A stretch of DNA of 61,854 nt from contig DAOUBA010000147.1 in the NCBI GenBank assembly GCA_034432855.1, positions 1 to 61,854 of the forward strand. Reading direction: 5' to 3'. The stretch is from Anaerolineae bacterium (GTDB lineage: Bacteria; Chloroflexota; Anaerolineae; B4-G1). The first letter of the stretch is position 1; each line of letters opens with the position of its first letter. This document shows, in pieces, positions 28,641-36,396 of this stretch. Made by a program: the position numbers and the translations under genes. Under the pieces are notes generated by a model. That model saw only the letters and a list, made by a program, of their open reading frames with translations. It made no database searches and was not told where the DNA came from.

Positions 28641-31140
28641 GCCGGCCGTTGCATGCTGCTCGTTGTTTGCCCTTTGCCTTTTGTGGCGGCCGCTTTTTGC
28701 CGGCGAAGCCTTCTATTGGGGCGCGCCGCTCTTGCAGTTTATCCCCTGGCAGCGTTTTGCCGCCGAAATGTGGCGATCGGGCCACGTGCCGTTGTGGAAT
28801 CCGCTGGTCGGATGTGGGGCCCCCCTGGCAGCCAACTACCAGTCAGCCGTGTTCTACCCGCTGAACGCGCTCTACCTGCTGCTCCCGGCCGAGATGGCAC
28901 TCGGTTGGACGGTCGCTCTGCACCTGGCGCTCGCCGGGGTGGGGATGTACGCCTGGGGGCGCGCGGTTGGCCTGGAGCGATTCCCGGCGCTCATTGCCGG
29001 GCTGGCGCTGGAAGGGAGCGGCTTTCTGGTGGCGCGCGCGGCGCTCTTCCCCAGCATCGCGCTCACCTTCCCCTGGGTCGCCGTCTGGCTATGGCGCGGC
29101 GAGATGCTCGTGCAGCGCTGTCGGCTTCAAGATGCGCTCTGGCTGGGATTGGCGCTGGGGATGGGGCTGCTGGCGGGGCATGCACAAACTGCCTTCTACG
29201 GTGGCTTGCTGTTGGCGGCATATTGCGTGTTTCGTGTTGCATGCTCCGTTTCCCGGAATTGGCGACCGTTCATTGTTCATTGTTCGTTGTTCATTGTCTC
29301 ATTGCTGATCGGCGTTGGTCTGGCAGCGGTGCAGTTGTTGCTTACTGCGGAGTTGATGTTGCAATCCCAACGTGCTAGTGGCGTGGATTATGACTTTGCG
29401 ATGACCTATTCGTTCTGGCCGTGGCGGCTGTTCACATTCCTCGCGCCGGATTTCTTCGGCAACCCTGGCCGGGGCGACTATTGGGGGTATGCCACATATT
29501 GGGAAGACGCGGGGTACGTAGGGGTGTTACCGTTGTTGCTGGCGGTGTGGGCAGTGGTGCGGAAGGGCAGGGGAGCAGGGGAGCGGAGGAGCAGGGGTGC
29601 AAGGGCGCAGGTTGGGTTTTGGGCAGGGTGTGTTGTGGCGGGGTTGGTGCTGGCGTTGGGCAAGAATACGCCGCTGTTCTCGTTCCTGTTCCGCCACATC
29701 CCTACCTTCGACCTGTTCCAGGCCCCGGCGCGCTGGCTGGCCGTGACGACCGTGGCGCTGGCGGCGCTGGCCGGGATTGGCGCGCAGGTGTGGCCTGTGG
29801 GACGAGCAGGTCAACGGCAGGGAACGTTATGGCTGGTTATCGGCGTGGCGCTGGCTGTCGGGGGGTGGGCCGCGCCACACCTGATCGCCGGGGAGCGACT
29901 GGCGACCTTTGGCGCGGCCACGCTGCGATTTGGCGTCACGTTGGCTGTGGCAGGCGCGCTCGTGCTATGGCGAACGAGTACCAGGCTTCAGCCCAATGCT
30001 ACTAACATTCCATCTGGGCAGTGCGTGGGACAGGCTTTCCAGCCTGTCGGCGTGGGAGAGGCTTTCCAGCCTGTCGGCAGCCTGGAAAGGCTGCCCCATA
30101 CCCGCTTTGCGCCCGTCGAAAAGCCTCCAACAAGGCAGCGAACGCGAAAAGCTAGTGCCATGGGGCTCCGGCCTGCTTGGGTACGTGTTGTTCTCCTATG
30201 GCAGGTCGCCGTCCTTATCTGCGTTGGGCTTGACCTGCTTTTGTTCGGCTGGCCGCTCGTGCCGTCGGTGGATCGCACACTGTACCAGGGTAATGCGCAC
30301 GCGGTTTTGAGCCAGTTGCGGAACGGGCGTATCTACTGGCCCACCGATCCGGCCCACCCCGGAAGCGAGTACGATGCTGAATACCGCCTCAAGTTCGGCT
30401 ATTTGACCTTTCGCAGTTTCGGGCCGCGTGATGTGGCGTATTGGCGCGGCATGCGCGAGATGCTTATCCCCAATATCGGCATGCTCGACGGCATTGCAAC
30501 CGCCAACGATTTTGATCCTCTGCTGGTGAGCCGTTACGCCGAGATGATGGCAGCAATCCCTGCTTCGCCGAATCTCCTGCGTGTGATGGGCGTGACGCAC
30601 ATCGCCAGCGACCGAACCCGGCCAACCGGGGAGCCGGTCTATACGAGTACCGACATCACACTCTACCATCTTTCCAACGCTCTGGGCCGCGCCTGGATCG
30701 TCCCTGCCGCGCGCCAGGTTCCTGCCGACCAGATGCTCGCTGCCCTTACCAGCCCCACCTTCGACCCTGCCACCCACGTGCTGATCGAGGCTTCACCCCC
30801 TTACCCCAATCCCTATTCCCTAATCCCTAATCCCTATACCCTCTCCTTGCACGATACCCCCAACGGCGTTACAATACGCGCCGCACTGGATGCGCCTGGC
30901 TACCTGGTGTTGGCCGATACCTGGTACCCAGGCTGGCAGGCAAAAGTAGACGGCAAACCTGTCGAGATCCTGCGCGCGAATCATGCCTTTCGAGCGGTGT
31001 ATCTGGACGCCGGAGGGCATACGGTGGAAATGGTCTATCGGCCCTGGTCATTCATTGCTGGGATGGGTGTGTCGGGCATGATGGGGGCTGGTTGGTTGGT
31101 TAGTTGGTTAGTTGGTAGGCTGAGGAGACGAGGTGCATAA
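28585..31140 (+). CDS. YfhO-family membrane glycosyltransferase-like protein
   Basis: 851 aa. YfhO-like N-terminal motif (LLQFIPWQRFAAEMWRSGHVPLWNPLVGCGAPLAANYQSAVFYPLN), many TM segments and a C-terminal extracytoplasmic domain. The start (TTG 28585) is uncertain. Confidence 0.7.
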   Translation: MVIRDWGTGKLQTCKLANWPAVACCSLFALCLLWRPLFAGEAFYWGAPLLQFIPWQRFAAEMWRSGHVPLWNPLVGCGAPLAANYQSAVFYPLNALYLLLPAEMALGWTVALHLALAGVGMYAWGRAVGLERFPALIAGLALEGSGFLVARAALFPSIALTFPWVAVWLWRGEMLVQRCRLQDALWLGLALGMGLLAGHAQTAFYGGLLLAAYCVFRVACSVSRNWRPFIVHCSLFIVSLLIGVGLAAVQLLLTAELMLQSQRASGVDYDFAMTYSFWPWRLFTFLAPDFFGNPGRGDYWGYATYWEDAGYVGVLPLLLAVWAVVRKGRGAGERRSRGARAQVGFWAGCVVAGLVLALGKNTPLFSFLFRHIPTFDLFQAPARWLAVTTVALAALAGIGAQVWPVGRAGQRQGTLWLVIGVALAVGGWAAPHLIAGERLATFGAATLRFGVTLAVAGALVLWRTSTRLQPNATNIPSGQCVGQAFQPVGVGEAFQPVGSLERLPHTRFAPVEKPPTRQRTRKASAMGLRPAWVRVVLLWQVAVLICVGLDLLLFGWPLVPSVDRTLYQGNAHAVLSQLRNGRIYWPTDPAHPGSEYDAEYRLKFGYLTFRSFGPRDVAYWRGMREMLIPNIGMLDGIATANDFDPLLVSRYAEMMAAIPASPNLLRVMGVTHIASDRTRPTGEPVYTSTDITLYHLSNALGRAWIVPAARQVPADQMLAALTSPTFDPATHVLIEASPPYPNPYSLIPNPYTLSLHDTPNGVTIRAALDAPGYLVLADTWYPGWQAKVDGKPVEILRANHAFRAVYLDAGGHTVEMVYRPWSFIAGMGVSGMMGAGWLVSWLVGRLRRRGA
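29221..29305. repeat. phased TTCGTGT / CATTGTT repeats inside a CDS
   Basis: tattgcgtgtttcgtgttgcatgctccg ... ttcattgttcattgttcgttgttcattgtctcattgc. Encodes YCVFRVACSV...FIVHCSLFIVSLLI. Confidence 0.55.
29566..29610. repeat. GCAGGGGA purine-rich phased repeat inside a CDS
   Basis: ggcaggggagcaggggagcggaggagcaggggtgcaagggcgcag. Positions 29574-29597 match 31639-31662 at 22/24. Confidence 0.65.
30033..30095. repeat. 27-nt-period direct repeat plus inverted copy inside a CDS
   Basis: ggctttccagcctgtcggc at 30033-30051 and 30060-30078, then agcctggaaaggctgcc. Encodes GQAFQPVGV GEAFQPVGS. Confidence 0.7.
30796..30843. repeat. AATCCCT phased repeat inside a CDS
   Basis: ccccttaccccaatccctattccctaatccctaatccctataccc. 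30804-30815 is the exact reverse complement of 28593-28604. Confidence 0.65.
31089..31118. repeat. GTTGGTTA 8-mer repeat at the CDS 3' end
   Basis: tggttggttggttagttggttagttggtag. Encodes GWLVSWLVGR. Confidence 0.6.
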
Positions 31141-32281
31141 CCGCCATTGGTTTCGCCCCTGGGTCGTCGTGTTGGCGCTGGCGTTGAGCTATGTGGCGCT
31201 GACCCTGGTTCGCTATGATGGCGACCCGATGATGTTCGTCCTCGCGGGCACACGCTATAGCCGGGGTGAACCTGAGGGCACACCGGGCTATGACGGCCAG
31301 TTCGCCTATTTTATCGCGCGCGATCCGTTGAACGGTTGGCGGTATTGTGATGCGCCATCCTACCGTTATCAGCGCATCCTCTATCCCATCCTGGCGTGGG
31401 CGGTGGCGTTGGGACGGCCCGGTGTTGTGCCCTGGACGCTGATCGTGATCAACATAGCGGCACTTGCCGGGGGAACGTACTTTACCGAGCGCCTGCTCGC
31501 TGAGCACCGCGTGAGCCGCTGGTATGCGCTGGCCTACGGTCTCTACGGCGGCCTGGTCGCCGGTCTGCGCCTCGACCTGACCGAGCCGTTGGCGTATGGG
31601 TTGGTGCAGACGGGGCTATGGGCGTGGGGGCGGAGGGAAGCAGGGGAGCGGAGAAGCGGGGGAGCGGAGGGGCGACACGCAATATGCAATACGGAATACG
31701 TCTTACTGGCCCTTGCCGCACTCGCAAAAGAGACTGCACTACTCGCCACGTTCGGCCTGCTCCTGTACCTGGTGCTGGCGCGGCGCTGGCGCGAGGCTCT
31801 GACCTTGGGCTTGATCGTTGGGCTTCCCTTTGTCGCCTGGCAAGTGATCCTGCGTGTCTGGCTGGGCGAATGGGGTATCGGTTCCGGCGGCGATATGGCA
31901 ACTCGCTTCGAGGTCATCCCTTTCGCGGGATTGTGGCGCGTGGCGACGACCAGCCTGCCGGCATTTTGGCTCCTGTTCGTTATTGAGGGACCGTTGTTCA
32001 TGCTGCCTACCCTCTGGGCGCTCTATGCCTCGATCCGAGATCTGATGAGGGGGCAAGGGCATCCTTGGGTTGCGGTGTTGTTTGTTCAAGCCGCTGCGTT
32101 GCCCTTTTTGCCCTTTTCGACTTGGCGGGAGCCGCTGGCGATGGCCCGGTTGGCCGTGGGCCTGGTTGCTGCAACCCTGCTGTATGGTGCACAGAGACGC
32201 TCACGACGAGTGCTGAACTATAGCCTGCTGTGGCTGGTAACCCTGGCACTGCTCGTCAACGAAAGCACGTTGCCCATCTAG
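31133..32281 (+). CDS. polytopic membrane protein, putative surface-glycopolymer glycosyltransferase (GT-C-like)
   Basis: 382 aa, about 9-10 TM segments, GYDGQFAYFIARDP motif. GTG start overlaps the stop of the preceding gene. Confidence 0.65.
   Translation: MHNRHWFRPWVVVLALALSYVALTLVRYDGDPMMFVLAGTRYSRGEPEGTPGYDGQFAYFIARDPLNGWRYCDAPSYRYQRILYPILAWAVALGRPGVVPWTLIVINIAALAGGTYFTERLLAEHRVSRWYALAYGLYGGLVAGLRLDLTEPLAYGLVQTGLWAWGRREAGERRSGGAEGRHAICNTEYVLLALAALAKETALLATFGLLLYLVLARRWREALTLGLIVGLPFVAWQVILRVWLGEWGIGSGGDMATRFEVIPFAGLWRVATTSLPAFWLLFVIEGPLFMLPTLWALYASIRDLMRGQGHPWVAVLFVQAAALPFLPFSTWREPLAMARLAVGLVAATLLYGAQRRSRRVLNYSLLWLVTLALLVNESTLPI
31625..31705. repeat. composite purine-rich plus AATACG phased repeat inside a CDS
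   Basis: gggggcggagggaagcaggggagcggagaagcgggggagcggagggg then cacgcaatatgcaatacggaatacg. Encodes GRREAGERRSGGAEGRHAICNTEY. Confidence 0.65.
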
Positions 32282-32282
32282 A

Positions 32283-32364
32283 ACGTAATGCGTAACACGT
32301 AAGGTGTAATCACGTTTTACGTCTTGCGCTTTACGTTTTACGTGTTACGCCTTACGCCTCACGG
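32283..32364. repeat. CGTAA/TTACG phased palindromic element
   Basis: acgtaatgcgtaacacgtaaggtgtaat / cacgttttacgtcttgcgctttacgttttacgtgttacgccttacgcctcacg. Homologous to 48903-48978. Confidence 0.7.
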
Positions 32365-32373
32365 AGGTCATCC

Positions 32374-33093
32374 TTGCAAGTCACCATCATCATCCCCACT
32401 TATAATGAGAAAGACAACATCGAGACTCTGGTCGCTCAGCTGCTTGCTCTACCGCTGGGAGCCCACGTCATCGTCGTAGATGACAACTCGCCCGATGGCA
32501 CCGGCGCCATTGCCGACCGCCTGGCGACCGAGAGCGATGGACGTGTGGGCGTCATCCATCGCCCTGGGAAACTGGGGCTTGGCACGGCCTACATCGCCGG
32601 TTTCAAAAAGGCGCTGGCCGAAGGCGCAGATCTCATCTGCACGATGGACGCCGACTTTTCCCATAATCCCTCTTACGTCCCGGCCCTCGTGTCCAAGATC
32701 CAGGAAGGGTACGACCTCGTCATCGGCTCCCGTTACGTGAGGGGCGGCGGCTCCAATCAGACGCTGGATCGCAAAGTGTTGAGTTGGGGCGCTAACACTA
32801 TCACGCGCCTCCTTCTGGGGTTGCACATACACGATACGACGGCGGGCTTTCGCTGTTATCGTCGCCAGGTTCTGGAAAGTCTGGACCTGGATGCGATCCG
32901 CTCGAGCGGCTATTCTTTCCTGTTCGAGATGCTCTTCCGGGTTGAGCGGCATGGATGGAAGGCAGGAGAGGTGCCAATCTGTTTCCAGGATCGGCGTCTT
33001 GGTGCTTCCAAGGTTTCCAAGAACGAAATTGTCCGGGCGCTAAAGACGGCTGCCCGATTGGCCTGGAAACGTCTGCTGAGGAAGCCGGTTTGA
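32374..33093 (+). CDS. polyprenyl-phosphate mannose synthase (GT2, Dpm1/Ppm1-like)
   Basis: IIIPTYNEKDNI, VVDDNSPDGT, MDADFSHNP, GSRY. TTG start 6 nt after GGAGG. Confidence 0.85.
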   Translation: MQVTIIIPTYNEKDNIETLVAQLLALPLGAHVIVVDDNSPDGTGAIADRLATESDGRVGVIHRPGKLGLGTAYIAGFKKALAEGADLICTMDADFSHNPSYVPALVSKIQEGYDLVIGSRYVRGGGSNQTLDRKVLSWGANTITRLLLGLHIHDTTAGFRCYRRQVLESLDLDAIRSSGYSFLFEMLFRVERHGWKAGEVPICFQDRRLGASKVSKNEIVRALKTAARLAWKRLLRKPV

Positions 33094-34007
33094 TGGAGAA
33101 GGTGCGCTGCAATCTGTGCGGTGCCGATGATGTCGCTGTGTTATATCCATCCACCGTAACCGATGGGCATACCAGCGACTGGTCAGCCTATGCCTGCACA
33201 CACGCTGGTTATGGGCGACATTACACCATCGCGCGATGTCAGAGGTGCGGGCTGGTCTATACCAACCCACGTCTCGACCGCCAAGACATCGCAAACACAT
33301 ACGAGGCCGTGCAGGATCCCCTCTACCTGGAAGAACGCGAGGGGCGTGTGCTGACCTTTGAGCATCACCTGAAACCGTTAGAACGTATCACCGGACCCCC
33401 TAACGGCCGCCCGTTGTTGGATGTGGGGTGCTATACGGGAATATTCGTCGAAATCGCCGTGCGCCACGGCTGGGATGCCTGGGGGCTGGAGCCCTCTCAT
33501 TGGGCGGTCGAGGAAGCGCGAAAACGGGGCCTGCACGTAGTGCAGGGGACGTTGGACACAGCGGACTTGCCGGAATCGTTCTTTGACGTGATCACGTTGT
33601 GGGACGTGATTGAGCACCTGACCGACCCGCGCAGTGCCCTGCGCCATGCATATCGCCTGCTCAAACCAGACGGGCTGCTGGTGGTGCACACCATTGACAT
33701 CGAGAGCCTCTTTGCCCGACTGATGGGGGCATACTGGCCGTGGCTGATGGAGATGCACATCTACTACTTCTCACGGCGTACGCTGAGGGCCATGCTGCAG
33801 GACTGTGGCTTTCGCGTGCTCAGTGACCGGCCACAGGGCCGATACCTGCGGCTCGGCTATCTGATGAATCGGGTGGGAGCGTTGATGCCCTGGGTAGGGC
33901 GACCAGCCGAGCGGCTGGTGACAAGACTGGGGCTACGAGGTGTGGCCGTGCCGGTCAATCTGGGCGACCTGTTCACGGCGTATGCGCGTAAAGTTAGGAC
34001 GGATTAG
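33093..34007 (+). CDS. class I SAM-dependent methyltransferase with N-terminal Cys4 ribbon
   Basis: CNLCG...CQRCG ribbon, LLDVGCYTGIF SAM motif, LLKPDGLLVV. ATG overlaps the upstream TGA (TGATG). Confidence 0.8.
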   Translation: MEKVRCNLCGADDVAVLYPSTVTDGHTSDWSAYACTHAGYGRHYTIARCQRCGLVYTNPRLDRQDIANTYEAVQDPLYLEEREGRVLTFEHHLKPLERITGPPNGRPLLDVGCYTGIFVEIAVRHGWDAWGLEPSHWAVEEARKRGLHVVQGTLDTADLPESFFDVITLWDVIEHLTDPRSALRHAYRLLKPDGLLVVHTIDIESLFARLMGAYWPWLMEMHIYYFSRRTLRAMLQDCGFRVLSDRPQGRYLRLGYLMNRVGALMPWVGRPAERLVTRLGLRGVAVPVNLGDLFTAYARKVRTD

Positions 34008-34015
34008 CAATCGTT

Positions 34016-35245
34016 CTACTCACTCCTCACAATCCCTCCTCGCACTTCCCATAGCGCCGCGTGCTCGCGGAATCCGGCGTCGAACATCTCCAGATCCGTC
34101 GCGGTGAGCAGCGCCTGTTCGACGTTGTCCACCTGCGCCAGTAGATAACGCCGTCGCACCGCATCCAGTTCGGCCAGCACTTCGTCGAGCAGAAGCACCG
34201 GCGTCTCGCGGGTATGCTCCTTCATCCATTCCAGTTCCGCGAGTTTGAGCGCCAGCACTGCCGTGCGCTGCTGTCCCCGTGAACCATAATCGCCCAGGTC
34301 CACCTCGTGCGTGCCCTGGGCCGGGGAGCCGGCGATGAAACGCACCTCGTCGCGGTGGGGCCCTAAGAGCGTCATCCCTCGTGCGATCTCCTCTCCCCGT
34401 CCACTTATGAGTGCCTGCCGCAGGGCTTCCACCAATTCCTCTTGACCGACCTCCGGTGGCGGGCCTTCGTAGCGCAGGCTCAACCCCATCTGATACTTGA
34501 GCATAGGCGGGGCTGCCGGGTCGAGGTTGGGGCGGTACTCTAACCGCAGCCACTCGGCGCTGCCGGTAAGCCGCTGGTGAATGTGGCCGGCGTGCTGTGA
34601 GAGCGCTGCCACCAATTCACGGCGCTTCCGGGCAATGACGACTCCCTCGCAGGCCAATACTTCTTCGAAGGGCGCCAGTTGGGCGGGATCACCGCCTTCG
34701 TCGCGCAGGTAGCGCAGCGCGGCGTTACGCTGGCGTAGTGCCTCCTCGTAGCGTTCCAGCGCCGTACAATAGTTCTTGTCCACCTGCGAGAGCGTATCGT
34801 CGAGATAGCGACGCCGTCCGGCCGGCGGCCCTGACACTAACTCCACGTCCTGCGGCATGAAGAGTACCACGTTCAGGTGTCCGGCCAGATCGGCGCGGCG
34901 TTTGCGGACGCGGTCAATACGGATCGTCTTTTGCAGCCGCTCTGTCCCGTTCTCCAGGGGTTGCTTCTCCAGAACGATTTCCACTTCCCGGACACGCTCG
35001 CGGCGCACGATTTCGGCCCACACGCGCGCGTAAGGCAACCCCTCCACTTCGGCATCCCACTTGACGAGTTGGCGGTCAACGGACGTGATCGGCGAGGAAG
35101 CCGTAGCGAGCAGGTAGATCGCTTCCAGAAGGCTGGTCTTGCCCTGGGCATTTGCGCCGTAGAGCAAGAGCGGCCGCTCTGGCAACGCCAGTTCCAGGCG
35201 GGCATAGTTGCGAAAGTTAGTCAGGCTTAGGTACCGGATGCGCAT
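34016..35245 (-). CDS. recF: DNA replication and repair protein RecF
   Basis: LSLTNFRNY, YGANAQGKTSLLEAI Walker A, LLLDEVLAELD Walker B. Confidence 0.92.
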   Translation of the reverse strand: MRIRYLSLTNFRNYARLELALPERPLLLYGANAQGKTSLLEAIYLLATASSPITSVDRQLVKWDAEVEGLPYARVWAEIVRRERVREVEIVLEKQPLENGTERLQKTIRIDRVRKRRADLAGHLNVVLFMPQDVELVSGPPAGRRRYLDDTLSQVDKNYCTALERYEEALRQRNAALRYLRDEGGDPAQLAPFEEVLACEGVVIARKRRELVAALSQHAGHIHQRLTGSAEWLRLEYRPNLDPAAPPMLKYQMGLSLRYEGPPPEVGQEELVEALRQALISGRGEEIARGMTLLGPHRDEVRFIAGSPAQGTHEVDLGDYGSRGQQRTAVLALKLAELEWMKEHTRETPVLLLDEVLAELDAVRRRYLLAQVDNVEQALLTATDLEMFDAGFREHAALWEVRGGIVRSE

Positions 35246-35492
35246 GCCCCCCCTTTGCTCAAAGCGAATGGCAATCTGGCGGGGTCTTGATCTCCACTCG
35301 ATAACGGCTCTTCCGCGTTACCCAGATCAGGTCAATATCCACGCGCCGAGACTTGGCGTCGCCCTCGACGTTCCGCACGCTCACCGTCTGCTCCAGCCCG
35401 CGCAACCAGGCTTCAATGTCCGCTGCGGCTTGGTAACGGAGACGCCGTCTTCCATCGTGATCGTCCGCGTCATCGTTCGCTCATAGCGTGTC

Positions 35493-35849
35493 TTAAAATT
35501 GATCGGCGATAGACTTCCGAAGTCTTGATGAGCACCTGACCTGGCTAGACGCCCATCGAAAGCACCACAATGTACTGCCCGGAACCACTCTGCCAGACTT
35601 CGGAAGTCTGCCCCTGTATTTTTCAGACACGCTCTCAGACTGCGCGAGTTCTGCGGGCAATGGGACGCGCACCTGTGCCAGCCGCGCCCGGGTGACCGTG
35701 ATCTCGTACAGCCGCCTCACCGTGGCCTCATCCCACGGCAACGCCGCCACACCGTAGAGGGCATCGGTGGGGAAGGCGACCGGGCCGCCGGCCCGCAGCG
35801 CCTCGACGGCGCGGGCGATGTCAGCATGGTCAGCGGGTAGAATCTCAGT
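35493..35849 (-). pseudogene. remnant of a YrdC/Sua5 (TsaC)-family gene
   Basis: The frame reads TEILPADHADIARAVEALRAGGPVAFPTDALYGVAALPWDEATVRRLYEI (YrdC-type N-terminal motif). There is no in-frame start upstream, and the downstream part loses similarity and is interrupted by two 15-nt palindromes. Confidence 0.4.
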
Positions 35850-36345
35850 CCTTCGTCGGTAACCAGGCAGCGGAGATCGGCCTTTCCACGCACGCGAAAT
35901 CCGCCAGTGACCAGGAGGGAATGTGATGCCGCCACCTCAACTTGCATGCTATGCTGTACGAGAGCATTCGGTGATTCATTGCTGCGCGGCCCCGCCGTGC
36001 GCTGGAAGCGCACGGCTGAACCAGGTGCAAGCCCGCAGGGCCTTTGCCTGCTGAGCCGGGCGATTTTTGCACTTTGACAAATTGTTCTGCCAATAACACT
36101 GCTCTCATCTTTTGCCCTTCTCCCCCGCTGCGGGGAAAAATAGGGGAAAGGGGTTTGGGGCGGAAAAGCCCCAGAACGAACCGCCCCGTTGAGGGCGGCC
36201 TATTGGCGGGATAATTTGTTAAGATGCAATGATCGCCCGGCGGCTGGCGGGCTATAGCTATCCCCAGTTCAGACAGGCGGCTACACGCCAAATACCGAAT
36301 GGTCTCTGTACGCCAATAATATAACACGATTGAAGGGGTGTCAAC

Positions 36346-36374
36346 TTGCCAATCTGCCCGCTTTCTGGTACGAT
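36346..36374 (+). promoter_or_regulatory. sigma70-type promoter of the PBP1A gene
   Basis: TTGCCA-17 nt-TACGAT, followed by a GGAGGTGAGG RBS and ATG 36397. Confidence 0.5.
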
Positions 36375-36396
36375 GTATTTCCGGAGGTGAGGAACG

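Noticed and set aside
28585-28650. The N-terminal about 20 codons (VIRDWGTGKLQTCKLANW) of the YfhO-like ORF as genuine protein sequence.
   Set aside because: They are encoded entirely by repeat DNA and begin at a TTG with no RBS. The true start is probably downstream but could not be fixed, because no ATG is available in frame.
25881-31705. Whether the phased repeats could be a CRISPR array.
   Set aside because: The units are 7-8 nt and contiguous, without 25-40-nt unique spacers. Arrays are only 3-5 units long. No cas genes are in the window.
35208-35486. 92-aa + strand ORF upstream of recF.
   Set aside because: No motif, odd composition, and opposite to a more protein-like (though startless) minus-strand reading. 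Treated as non-coding debris.
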